A stretch of 64,000 nucleotides of DNA from Methanobacteriota archaeon (GCA_963769885.1 CAVYNH010000006.1:384001-448000); one strand, 5' to 3'. Shown: positions 10,619 through 20,055, counted from the first letter of the stretch. A program made the numbers and translations. Notes: generated by a model from the sequence alone, not told the origin.

Positions 10619-10741
10619 TTACTCGAGGCGATCGAAGAGGACCCGATAGCGGTTGCACTCTACACAGCTGCGTAGGAACGGGTCGGGAATCGGGCAGGAG
10701 CCGCAGATGTCAGGCATATAGGGCAATGATCGGTCTCTCAT
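10619..10741 (-). CDS. Small 40-aa CxxC-x9-CxxC putative zinc-finger protein (not in ORF track)
   Basis: Own translation: MRDRSLPYMPDICGSCPIPDPFLRSCVECNRYRVLFDRLE*. Confidence 0.5.
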   Translation of the reverse strand: MRDRSLPYMPDICGSCPIPDPFLRSCVECNRYRVLFDRLE

Positions 10742-10865
10742 ATTTCAACCATTTTCAGCAATTGCCATTCAAATGACCAATAATATGTTAAAAATCCGTA
10801 TTTGTTTTGAATCTCAGCCAAAACACCGCGAAAAATACTTAACTTGACCAGGCGTTGTATGGCGT

Positions 10866-11309
10866 ATGGACTCCCTCGACGAACGAATCCTGACGCAGCT
10901 GACCGCCAACGCCCGCACCAGCTACCGCGACATCGCACGTGCCCTCCATGTCAGCCTCTCCACCGTCTCCGCCCACATCCGCAGACTCGAAACAACCGGC
11001 GTCATCACCGGCTACACCGCCCTCGTCGACCCCGAACGCCTCGGCTACAGCCTCACCGCCATCATCAACCTCAAGATCGGCCGCGGCAAACTCCTCGAAG
11101 TTCAACGCACCATCGCCAAAGACCCCCACGTCAGCGCCGTCTACGACATCACCGGCGACTGGGACAGCCTCGTCATCGCCCACTTCAAAGAACGCCGCGA
11201 CCTCAACACCTTCATCAAACGCGTCCTCACCCTCCCTGACGTCGAACGCACCAACACCCAGCTCGTCCTCAACATCGTCAAAGACGAACGACTCACACAC
11301 CCATCATGA
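10866..11309 (+). CDS. Lrp/AsnC family transcriptional regulator
   Basis: LDERIL...NARTSYRDIA HTH, GVITGY, YDITGDWD RAM domain. Confidence 0.95.
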   Translation: MDSLDERILTQLTANARTSYRDIARALHVSLSTVSAHIRRLETTGVITGYTALVDPERLGYSLTAIINLKIGRGKLLEVQRTIAKDPHVSAVYDITGDWDSLVIAHFKERRDLNTFIKRVLTLPDVERTNTQLVLNIVKDERLTHPS

Positions 11310-11392
11310 CTGTGCGACACGAACGGTTTGAGTACCCACGCTCCCGCAGGTTCCCCTGAAGTCTGTTCAGTGTTTGGATTCTAGGGAATGAC

Positions 11393-12106
11393 CTACATGG
11401 CGGTAATGGTCACAATGTCAAGATACATGTTTTCGCCGTAACCAGAGATCCCTCTGAAGCCAATTTTTACTAAATTAAAACGATAGTTACTGATATCGAT
11501 GGTGTGGTTCATCCATCCCGCATATGATGCATATCTGGGGAACGCTCCAACGAGATCCCATTGATGAGTTGGGTTTCCGAATAACCTCAAAATATAGACT
11601 TCTACAGTGTCAGCACTGCTCGGATAGCCGCTATCGTGATACATCGAAAACTGCAGTAATCGTACCGGGTAAAACAATTTGAATAGGCAAATCCATTTTT
11701 TTGTGTTCAATTGTGCGCTCATTCCCGCAGGCACGACATAGCTGTAATACTCCGCCATCCAGGTACCGCTCAAGGGGCTGACAGTCGGGGAACTCCCGCT
11801 CGTCACACCAGCCCATAAGTTGCTCGCATGTGATCCCGCGATGGGGACGGAAATCCATTTCGTGCTGAAGGTCTCAAAACCATCGGAGAACATCACAAAT
11901 GGCACTGGAAGGGGCTGCAATGGCATCGCACCAGGGCTCATAACCGAATTACCCACAGACGAGCCAATTCTTAACTGCGGAGTGCCTGCGACCGCAGTGG
12001 TTGGAATCGTACTAATCAACGTTACCATGACACAGAGCAAGAAACAGAATTTCATTCCTCTCACTAGCCTCCAATAAAAATCTCGTGTTTCATTTCCACT
12101 CTTCAT
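11393..12106 (-). CDS. Secreted hypothetical protein with a cleaved-adhesin/MAM-like beta-sandwich
   Basis: Hydrophobic signal segment; FSDGFE..., WMNHTIDISNY, NMYLD; AT-richer sequence; start uncertain. Confidence 0.6.
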   Translation of the reverse strand: MKSGNETRDFYWRLVRGMKFCFLLCVMVTLISTIPTTAVAGTPQLRIGSSVGNSVMSPGAMPLQPLPVPFVMFSDGFETFSTKWISVPIAGSHASNLWAGVTSGSSPTVSPLSGTWMAEYYSYVVPAGMSAQLNTKKWICLFKLFYPVRLLQFSMYHDSGYPSSADTVEVYILRLFGNPTHQWDLVGAFPRYASYAGWMNHTIDISNYRFNLVKIGFRGISGYGENMYLDIVTITAM

Positions 12107-12323
12107 TTTTTTCTGACCTCCTCAAACAAAACGGTCATAAATCTTATTCAACGAAAATATATAAAGATTTTCAAAATATAAATAATAGAACCAAGGTAAC
12201 AATAATATTACTGAGTATATCTAGTGACTTTTCCTTCACACATCCAAGACTCACTTTCAAAGGGAGACGTACGGGAAAGAACTGTCAAAGAACGCTTAAA
12301 TACCTGAAACGCAGACACACTCA

Positions 12324-12647
12324 GTGATGACCATGGACAAACGCATCATCGCCATCTCCATCGCAGCCATTTTCCTGGCACTCATCCCGGCCGCGGGAGC
12401 CGCCGGCCCACGCACCTACACCACCGTCTCCGGCATCTGCCTCTCCGTGCTGCCCCACACCCACATCCCGATGAAATCCATGAACGCCGTCCTGGTGTAC
12501 TACACCATCCACCAGCCGCTCCACATGCCCAAGCACGGCGTCTTCATCATGCAACACGTGACCTTCACCGGCGACTTCGTCGGCCACGTCCGCTACTGCA
12601 TGATCAACGGAGAATTCGCCGGGACCCCAGTCCTGGTCCACGAATAA
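12324..12647 (+). CDS. Small secreted hypothetical protein
   Basis: Signal peptide, host-like C-ending codons, followed by a C/T terminator. Confidence 0.65.
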   Translation: MMTMDKRIIAISIAAIFLALIPAAGAAGPRTYTTVSGICLSVLPHTHIPMKSMNAVLVYYTIHQPLHMPKHGVFIMQHVTFTGDFVGHVRYCMINGEFAGTPVLVHE

Positions 12648-12804
12648 ACACAGCGTTCATTCCCCCCCTCTTTTTTCTTTTTAATTCTTCCCCCCGCCAT
12701 CTTGCCCCAGATTTCCTAACGAGCCGGACCCCGCACCATCCCTTGAAGAAGCCATCCTAAAACAGTCACACTTTTCTAACACCACACCGATACCTCTCCC
12801 TGAC

Positions 12805-13287
12805 ATGAAACCAGCCGTCAAACTCACCATCATCATGCTCTGCGCCTTCCTCGCCACCCTCGTCGCCCTCTACGAACTCCTCTACCTCCCCCTCCAAGAC
12901 CAAACCACCACCATCTCCGCCGCCAGACCCCTCGCCGGCACCTGGACCGGCACCGTCACCTTCACCGACCGCCCCACCCAGACCTGCCTCTACCAAGGGC
13001 CACTCACCCTCCACCTCACCCAAAACGGAGACCAACTCGACGGATCCTTCACCGCCACCGTCACCTCCACCAACAACAACCCCGCCTGCGTCCGCGTCGG
13101 CTCAACCTTCACCTACGACCTCCAGGGCACCGTCAGCTCCTCCGCCGTCCACCTCACCGTCGCCGACACCGACGCCCTCACCGGCGCCTACACCACCAAC
13201 ATCCTCACCCTCCGCTGGCAACGATGCGAAAACTGCACCTCCGGGCCAGCCATCACCTTCGTCGGCATGGTCTCCCTCACCAAATAA
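12805..13287 (+). CDS. Membrane-anchored hypothetical beta-barrel-like protein
   Basis: N-terminal TM segment; LAGTWTG, LHLTQNGDQLDGSF; paired Cys. Confidence 0.7.
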   Translation: MKPAVKLTIIMLCAFLATLVALYELLYLPLQDQTTTISAARPLAGTWTGTVTFTDRPTQTCLYQGPLTLHLTQNGDQLDGSFTATVTSTNNNPACVRVGSTFTYDLQGTVSSSAVHLTVADTDALTGAYTTNILTLRWQRCENCTSGPAITFVGMVSLTK

Positions 13288-13302
13288 AAAAATATTCTTA
13301 TT

Positions 13303-13716
13303 TTAAGGCCGAACCGACCGCACCAACGCCTCCACCACCGCCACATCCCCAGCCACGAACTGAAACAACCGCAGCCCCTCCACCGGCACCCACCGGAAAT
13401 CCTGACAATCCAGACACCGTGGCTCCCCCAATACCCACCGCGCAAAAAACACATGCAGCACGATCGGCGACGAACGGCCATCCCTCAGATAAACAAACGG
13501 ATGGACCATGAACAGCCGCTCTACCGCAATCTCGATGCCCAGCTCCTCACGGATCTCCCGACGAATACACTCCTCCGGCTTCTCACCCGGCTCCAGCTTC
13601 CCGCCCGGGAACTCCCACTTATCGGGCTCAAGCCGACTCGAATGCTTCCGCTGCGCCACCAACACCAACCCATCCTTCCGGATGATCGCCGCCGTCACCT
13701 GAACCGGATCCAACAT
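13303..13716 (-). CDS. NUDIX hydrolase, MutT/NudG-like
   Basis: WEFPGGKLEPGEKPEECIRREIREELG Nudix box; start MLDPVQVTAAII. Confidence 0.9.
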   Translation of the reverse strand: MLDPVQVTAAIIRKDGLVLVAQRKHSSRLEPDKWEFPGGKLEPGEKPEECIRREIREELGIEIAVERLFMVHPFVYLRDGRSSPIVLHVFFARWVLGEPRCLDCQDFRWVPVEGLRLFQFVAGDVAVVEALVRSVRP

Positions 13717-13769
13717 ACCACAAGACGAAAACCAACCACTATTATATACACACCGATACAACCCGCGCT

Positions 13770-14597
13770 TCAGGACAACCCGACGGTCTTCGCCGACGCA
13801 TCCCACAACCGCTGCGCCACAGCCATATCATACGATTCGTCAGACAACCGCTTCACCTGGCACGCCGCGAAATACTCCCCCGTGACATCCTTCACCTCAG
13901 GAGAACTCGCCACATAGACCGACGTCCGCGCCCGCTCCACCGGAGACTTCCCGAACATCCAGAACCCCACTCGATACACCCACGGCGCGTCCCGCGCCAG
14001 ATTCGTCCGCGCCAATCCGGGCTGCACACAATTCACCGTCACCCCTGATCCCGACAGCTTCTTCGCCAGCAACCGCGTAAACAAGATCACCCCGAGCTTC
14101 GAATGCCGATACGCCTTCATCCCGGACCACCCCTTCCTCAACTCCAGATCATCGAAATGGATCGCCCCCGAATGCAGCCCCGACGTTATATTCACAATCC
14201 GCGATGGCGCACTCCGCTTCACCACATCAAGCAGGAGATTCGTCAACAGAAACGGCGCCAGATAATTCACCGCAAAGATCCGCTCGATCCCATCCGCCGA
14301 CTCCCGCCTATGAAAATCCCAGACCCCCGCATTATTAATCAGCACATCCAACCGCGGATACCGCTGCAGATACTCCGCCGCACACCGACGCACCGACGCC
14401 AACGACTCCAGATCACAAAACAAGACCTCGATATCACGATTCCCAGTCGACTCCTGCAGCTCACGCAACGCCTCAGCACCACGCCGCTCATCATGCGTCG
14501 TAAACACAATACTATACCCCATCCTGGCCAAGCCACGCGCTGTCTCCTTCCCAATCCCTGAGGTCGCACCCGTGATTAAAACTCTCTTCCCATTCAT
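13770..14597 (-). CDS. SDR oxidoreductase (retinol dehydrogenase-like)
   Basis: TGATSGIG, LINNAG, YRHSK catalytic motif. Confidence 0.92.
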   Translation of the reverse strand: MNGKRVLITGATSGIGKETARGLARMGYSIVFTTHDERRGAEALRELQESTGNRDIEVLFCDLESLASVRRCAAEYLQRYPRLDVLINNAGVWDFHRRESADGIERIFAVNYLAPFLLTNLLLDVVKRSAPSRIVNITSGLHSGAIHFDDLELRKGWSGMKAYRHSKLGVILFTRLLAKKLSGSGVTVNCVQPGLARTNLARDAPWVYRVGFWMFGKSPVERARTSVYVASSPEVKDVTGEYFAACQVKRLSDESYDMAVAQRLWDASAKTVGLS

Positions 14598-14653
14598 GGA
14601 AGCCTCACCACTACAAACACATCCCACCAAGAGTACAAATAAATTCCGACTAA

Positions 14654-15703
14654 CTATCTGACCGTCTTCCTGACTGCCGCGACGAACCCCTCGATCTCCT
14701 CCGGCCGCGTCTGAAACGAGCAGACCAGCCGGACCTCCGGACGCCGCTCATCGAACCGATGGAAGAAAAACTCCCGCTGCAGCCTCGGAATCGACGCCTC
14801 AGGGAGCAACGCGAACACCATGTTCGCCTCCACCGGCTGCGTGACCTTAACGCCCGGGATCCCCCGGAGGCCGTCCGCCAGCCGCCGGGCCATCGCATTC
14901 GCATGCCGCGCGTTCTCAAGCCACAGATCCCCCTCCAGCATCGCAAGGAACTGCGCCGTGATGTACCGCATCTTCGAATCCAGCTGCATCCCCTGCTTCC
15001 GGAAAAAAGGAAAACACGACGACAATTTCTTGTTGAGAAAGACGACGGCCTCACCGAACATCATCCCGTTCTTCGTCCCGCCAAACGAGAGCACATCCAC
15101 GCCGGCTTTCCCCACGAGATCATTCAAGCCGACGTTCAACGACGCGGCGGCATTGCACAACCGCGCCCCATCCATTTGAACAAAGAGATCATGCTCATGC
15201 GCGAACTTCGACATAGCTGTGATCTCCTCTGGCGTATAAACGGTCCCGCGCTCCGTCGCCTCAGTCAAAGAGATCACCTTCGGCTGGGCCATGTGAGGAT
15301 CCCCGATACCGACAAGACAGGACGCCACCGCCTCCACCGTCAGCTTCCCATCGGGCATCGGCACAGGGACGAGCTTGCAGCCGATGAACGACTCCGGGCC
15401 ACAGCACTCATGGACCGTCAGGTGGGCGACGTCGGTGCAGATGACGGAGTTGAAGGACTCCATGACGGTGCGCAATCCTAGGATGTTGGCCCCGGTGCCA
15501 TTGTAGAGGAAGTAAGGGTCAGACGCCGGACCGAAGATCTTCTTGAACAATGCGACGGCCTGCGCCGTGGTCTCGTCGTCCCCGTAGGCGACGGCATAAC
15601 CCGTGTTGACGTGTTCCAGGGCTTTGAGGACGGCGGGGTGGACGCCAGCGTGGTTGTCACTGCCGAACCCAGCGAAGACGGACATAGCCGTCGTATCACC
15701 CAT
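14654..15703 (-). CDS. ltaE: Low-specificity L-threonine aldolase
   Basis: FGSDNHAG, YGDD, NGTGAN, MDGARL, SFGGTKNG PLP lysine. Confidence 0.9.
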   Translation of the reverse strand: MGDTTAMSVFAGFGSDNHAGVHPAVLKALEHVNTGYAVAYGDDETTAQAVALFKKIFGPASDPYFLYNGTGANILGLRTVMESFNSVICTDVAHLTVHECCGPESFIGCKLVPVPMPDGKLTVEAVASCLVGIGDPHMAQPKVISLTEATERGTVYTPEEITAMSKFAHEHDLFVQMDGARLCNAAASLNVGLNDLVGKAGVDVLSFGGTKNGMMFGEAVVFLNKKLSSCFPFFRKQGMQLDSKMRYITAQFLAMLEGDLWLENARHANAMARRLADGLRGIPGVKVTQPVEANMVFALLPEASIPRLQREFFFHRFDERRPEVRLVCSFQTRPEEIEGFVAAVRKTVR

Positions 15704-15795
15704 GGTCGTTATAAAAATAATCTATGACCTTAAAAGGAGGATCTCCGGCCTTCCCGCGAAGTGTTAATAAACGGGGGAGGTGTTGGCCGTGCCCA

Positions 15796-16140
15796 ATGGA
15801 ACAGCAGGGGGACCTGAGCCGGTTTTTCGGTCGATGGCATGCGACGATCGGCGGCGAGCAGGTGTTCCTCGAGTTCTATCCGGATGGCAGGCTTTTTTAC
15901 ACGGGGTTGTGGGGCGAGGATACAAAGGAGTTCATGCATGACATGCGGCATCCCTTGGAGTTCGGCAGACCCCGGCCCGGTCCCGCCTGGGAAGTACGGG
16001 GCGGCCTCCTCGTCATCTTCCTGTTACCACGACAAGAATTCAAATTCGAATACGCGTTTTCCGACCTCGACACGAACCTGGTCCTACGCAGCCTTCAGTC
16101 CAAGGAATCGCTGACGTTCACCAAAAAAACACGGAAGTGA
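15796..16140 (+). CDS. Hypothetical protein
   Basis: ORF from MEQQGDLSRFFGRW with an upstream GGAGG; beta-rich. Confidence 0.55.
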   Translation: MEQQGDLSRFFGRWHATIGGEQVFLEFYPDGRLFYTGLWGEDTKEFMHDMRHPLEFGRPRPGPAWEVRGGLLVIFLLPRQEFKFEYAFSDLDTNLVLRSLQSKESLTFTKKTRK

Positions 16141-16180
16141 AAACACGGTCTTGTCGGTGACCATGAGGATGACTAGGAGA

Positions 16181-16354
16181 TCATAGTGAGTCGAGTGCCA
16201 CGGCTTGTGTGATGTAGTACGTGAGGGCGTCTGCGTCGAGGTCTTGGAGGGTCTTGATTTTCATGTGTTTGGAGAAGGTTCCTTTGCCTTGGAGGAGGCC
16301 GTATTTGTCTTCGAACTTGGCTCCTTGGGCGAAGGCGAAGGTGAAAGAAGCCAC
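16181..16354 (-). pseudogene. C-terminal remnant of a DUF1801/YdhG-like gene
   Basis: Own translation VASFTFAFAQGAKFEDKYGLLQGKGTFSKHMKIKTLQDLDADALTYYITQAVALDSL* resembles the DUF1801 C-terminal half; the N-terminal half is missing. Confidence 0.55.
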
Positions 16355-16390
16355 GGGGTCGCAAGGATCGAGGCCGTTTCGTGGGGACTG

Positions 16391-17461
16391 CTAGCTGACG
16401 TTTTTCACGGTATACGTCCATCCTGCGGTGTAGCTGGCGACGAACTCGCGCATCTCTTGTTCGATGTCATTGATCTGAGCGCGGGTGTACCCGTCGACGT
16501 AGTCGAAGTCGGAGTGCAGGTTCGCCAGGGTCATGCCGTGCTTGTCAGAGCCGATGATGGACCTGGCGTTGTCATAGGTGCCGATGTACCCGCGTTCGTC
16601 TGGGACCGGCAGGTTCCCGAGGTATCTCGTCGTGGTTTCAGTCCAGCCGTACGGATAGAGCGTGCACCAGGCTTTCCCCCACTCTTGATAATCGCATGAG
16701 CTGAAGATGCTCTGGGCAGGTTTCGGGTTCCCGTTGAAATGGATATGGAGCTCGTAGTACCGCACGTACGGGCTGGGGTCCCAGGCGATGTATGCCCCGC
16801 AATAAAAACTGTAGTCGATCTGGTCCGGGTAATTTTCCCATGGCGTAAAATTCGTCTCGTATTCGTAAAGTTGTACCGGGACGTCGAAGGTGATGCTCGC
16901 CGAGGTGTTCTTCTGGCTCTCGTTATGCTCCCTGGTGTGCTCGAGTTTCTCTGAGGGTATATAGCCGATGCCGATGGTGCTGAAATGGGTGATTGGCCCG
17001 GTGACGGTCTGGTGTGCGGTATCGGCAACGCATCCCTGGATTTTCATCCACTCGGTGCCGGAGAGGACGAACAAGTGGAGGATGTCCGCCGGGGTGTCAG
17101 CAGGGATCTTCGAAGGGTTGTACTGCATAGTGAGGCTGACGTTGTCAGCAAACACGGTTCCCTCCGGGCCAAAGGTATAACAGTTTGCTAAGACGATATC
17201 AGAATCATACGGGGGATCTGGGACCGAGTCGAGTGTCACGGCGACGTCCTGCAAGGTAGCGTTCTCGGGAACGGAAAAATGGACTCTTTCGTCTGCGAGA
17301 TCGTATTCTCCCCCTGTTGCAGTGATCGTGCATTCATCATGGATAGGTAGCGCTGAAGGAGTATTGTTCGCGTTGTTCGAGGTCTGGTTCGCACAGCCGC
17401 TGAGTAGCAATACGGCCAGAAGAACGATGCTGAGTAAGGCACCAACGGTTCTTTTCTTCAT
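16391..17461 (-). CDS. Lipoprotein with a ZU5-like domain
   Basis: Lipobox LLSGC; ZU5-like ATGG...FSVPENA...FGPEGTVF...ITHFS; upstream GGAGG. Confidence 0.75.
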   Translation of the reverse strand: MKKRTVGALLSIVLLAVLLLSGCANQTSNNANNTPSALPIHDECTITATGGEYDLADERVHFSVPENATLQDVAVTLDSVPDPPYDSDIVLANCYTFGPEGTVFADNVSLTMQYNPSKIPADTPADILHLFVLSGTEWMKIQGCVADTAHQTVTGPITHFSTIGIGYIPSEKLEHTREHNESQKNTSASITFDVPVQLYEYETNFTPWENYPDQIDYSFYCGAYIAWDPSPYVRYYELHIHFNGNPKPAQSIFSSCDYQEWGKAWCTLYPYGWTETTTRYLGNLPVPDERGYIGTYDNARSIIGSDKHGMTLANLHSDFDYVDGYTRAQINDIEQEMREFVASYTAGWTYTVKNVS

Positions 17462-17616
17462 AAGCTTCGCCTCCTTTCTCTAGGAAGATGAAACGAAATC
17501 ATATTTTTAATCGTATCTAAATAAATGGGATAAAAAAAAGAGCCGATATCGAGCCATCGCAGGATTCATAACAGGATTGATTTAAGTATCGCAAGAGACC
17601 CTCCAGGAGAGGTAAG

Positions 17617-17689
17617 TGGGCCAGGCCGGAATTGAACCGGCGGCCTCCGCGTTGTAAGCGCGACGTCATAACCACTAGACCACTGGCCC
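17617..17689 (-). tRNA. tRNA-Val(TAC), copy 1, fully paired stems
   Basis: GGGCCAGTGGTCTAGTGGTTATGACGTCGCGCTTACAACGCGGAGGCCGCCGGTTCAATTCCGGCCTGGCCCA; no CCA. Confidence 0.92.
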
Positions 17690-17709
17690 ATCTTTTTTTT
17701 TTATGTTGT

Positions 17710-17997
17710 TCATTTTTTTTTTAATAGCGTGTAAATATTTATGGAAAGAAGTGGGACTAAGATGAAAAATAGGTATTCTTCAATCGGCAGTCCGAAAAGT
17801 GTACCAACGATTTCTTTTGAAGAGAAGGTCCATATTCCCATCTGGACTGAGAGGTGATCCCAGATGAACCCGATGAGAAAGAGAATCAGGAGCGATAGTA
17901 GTAAGTTTTTCCATTGTAATTTGGCTCTGTTGAGATATAGAAGAATACTATTTGGAATAAGAACGAATGCGATAAGCAAGATGAGGTATAAGTACAT
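17710..17997 (-). CDS. Lycopene cyclase domain-containing membrane protein
   Basis: WD...GIWTF...G...LPIEEYLFF signature; AT-rich. Confidence 0.8.
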   Translation of the reverse strand: MYLYLILLIAFVLIPNSILLYLNRAKLQWKNLLLSLLILFLIGFIWDHLSVQMGIWTFSSKEIVGTLFGLPIEEYLFFILVPLLSINIYTLLKKK

Positions 17998-18101
17998 ATG
18001 AACGTGATAAAAGTGGCCTATTATTTATGTGTGTGCATTGATTCTTTTCTCTACTGGTGAACGAGTCGACCCTTAACGGCTCTCATGGAATGCTGTGTAC
18101 T

Positions 18102-19196
18102 CTAGGTTCTTTTCACTTTATTGATCTGATGTTCGATGGCCCGATACGCGTTTTGTATAGCTTGCATGGGGCCGTACCCCTCAGAGGTGGTATAGAAGAT
18201 GCCGGGTCTTCCAGAGAGTTTCATTTCGCAGACGACGCGATGGAGTCCTTGTTTTGTTTCCTTGTGTTGTTCAAGGGTGACATGGAGGTAGCCGACTTCG
18301 AGATATTTTTCGTAGTTTTTGAGGAATTCCTCTCTGAGGACGTCTGCAGTTTCTTGTTTGTCGAACCCTTCGACTTTGTCGTTGTTATGGTGGAACTGGA
18401 TCTCGATGGTCTCTTCTCGGTCGAATCCTCCGTAGGGTGCGAGCAGTTCGTGGTGAGTGACGATGCCGTAGAGGTGGTTGTCTTTTCCGATGAGAATCCC
18501 TGGTTGTTCGAACTTGTGCATCTTGGCGTGGGCATCTTTTATAGAGGTTTCCGGCGGTATAAGTAAGGGCTGTTCTTGCATGATGGTTTTCGCCGGGAGG
18601 TTCAGTTTCTGCCGGCGTTCTGATTCAACGTCGGAGCGTCCCTCGACGTTGCTGTGCGCATGTATGACTTTGTTAATGATAGTGTTGATGGTGATCGAGC
18701 CGACAACAACAGAATGATCAACCACGGCAAGATACAAGACGTTATCATGTTGGAACAGGTGAAGGACTTTCCCTATGGTTTCCTCTGGGCTAATGGAGAG
18801 TGGTTCACTGCACATGATCGTGTTTATTGGTTGTGATCCAAGATTTTGTTCTGTGAGTGTTTTCACGATGCTGTCTGCGGTGACCACACCAATGATAGTT
18901 TCGTTTTCGAGGACGGGGAGGGTATAGACGTGGCTTTCGATCATGGCCCGAGCGATTTCTTCTACGGGTGTATCTAAGGAAAGTTTTTGGGTGTGGGAAA
19001 GCAAGGTGTGTAGTTTTGTTTTTAATGTTGTTTTGGGGTCCAACAATGTTCGTTGGAGCAGCATACCCTGGTATTTCTCGTGGTCAGTGATGACAATAGC
19101 GTCGGTGTCGTTGAACAAGTTAATGACTTGGGAGAAGATGTCGTTTGCGTCTCTTTTAATCACGTCTTTATCAAGGATGTCTTGTGCAGTTACCAT
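18102..19196 (-). CDS. Four-CBS-domain protein with a C-terminal HPF/RaiA-like domain (candidate ribosome hibernation factor)
   Basis: CBS repeats (LPVLEN...GVVTADSI; GIVTHHELL). The C-terminal ~100 aa show a beta-alpha-beta-beta-beta-alpha pattern ending GYGPMQAIQNAYRAIEHQINKVK. Confidence 0.75.
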   Translation of the reverse strand: MVTAQDILDKDVIKRDANDIFSQVINLFNDTDAIVITDHEKYQGMLLQRTLLDPKTTLKTKLHTLLSHTQKLSLDTPVEEIARAMIESHVYTLPVLENETIIGVVTADSIVKTLTEQNLGSQPINTIMCSEPLSISPEETIGKVLHLFQHDNVLYLAVVDHSVVVGSITINTIINKVIHAHSNVEGRSDVESERRQKLNLPAKTIMQEQPLLIPPETSIKDAHAKMHKFEQPGILIGKDNHLYGIVTHHELLAPYGGFDREETIEIQFHHNNDKVEGFDKQETADVLREEFLKNYEKYLEVGYLHVTLEQHKETKQGLHRVVCEMKLSGRPGIFYTTSEGYGPMQAIQNAYRAIEHQINKVKRT

Positions 19197-19347
19197 ACGG
19201 ATTTCAACTCCCTCCCTGATGGAGAATGAAATTTATAATGTTTTTCAGAGAAAAAACCCCCGGTTCTACCCAGATACAGGAAGCAAAGCTGACCGCTGAA
19301 TTTCACCGTATGCACACGATACTAAAGGAAGTGGTACAAGGGAACCG

Positions 19348-19746
19348 TCATTTGGAAGGTTCAAAGTAGGCCTTGAGTCGATCCCAGTACCATTCCTGCC
19401 ATCCCTGCTGGATCTCCGGATAGGCCTCGGCCGGGATATCGGTCTGGGTGAACTCAAGGGTCGTCTTGCCGCCTTTCTCTGAAAACAGGAAGGTCACGGT
19501 GGTGTAATGGTCCTTCGGCCAATCCGCTGCCCGCCATGTCTGCACGATTTTCTTATCCGGGATTAATTCGAGATTCTTCCCTGTCGCGTACCCGTCGTAG
19601 GTTTTGAAGCTGCCTCCTACCCTTCGGCTGATTGCCGCCTGCGAGTCCGTGAACGCCGCATGCTTCTTCGAATCCATCAGCGCTTCGTAGAGGTCATGCG
19701 CAGTCGCCTTGAAGACGATGGTCTGATGCAGAGTCTTTGTTTTCAT
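19348..19746 (-). CDS. SRPBCC/AHSA1-like domain protein
   Basis: LYEALMDSKKH, VGGSF, KIVQTWRAADWP, GWQEWYW. Confidence 0.9.
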   Translation of the reverse strand: MKTKTLHQTIVFKATAHDLYEALMDSKKHAAFTDSQAAISRRVGGSFKTYDGYATGKNLELIPDKKIVQTWRAADWPKDHYTTVTFLFSEKGGKTTLEFTQTDIPAEAYPEIQQGWQEWYWDRLKAYFEPSK

Positions 19747-19915
19747 CTGGAAACACCTTACGCAGATGGACAAAACCATCCCCGGATAAGAATGTTACGA
19801 GGCCTTTTTTCCAGGAGAGGATTCAGGGGGTGTGAAGCGACACGGAAGAACAATCGTGGAGGGCGACCCTGTGATTCCTTGAGACGAAGTGTTGTCGCGT
19901 ATTGCGAAAAGAAGA

Positions 19916-19988
19916 TGGGCCGGACCGGAATTGAACCGGCGGCCTCCGCGTTGTAAGCGCGACGTCATAACCACTAGGCCACTGGCCC
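19916..19988 (-). tRNA. tRNA-Val(TAC), copy 2, three substitutions versus copy 1 (possibly chimeric or degenerate)
   Basis: GGGCCAGTGGCCTAG...CCGGTCCGGCCCA; A6-C67 acceptor mismatch, D-stem mismatch, G-U in T-stem. Confidence 0.75.
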
Positions 19989-20055
19989 AGGTTTCAGAGA
20001 ATGATAAACCTGATAGAAACTATGAAATATCCATCGGGATTTAATCTTACTTACG

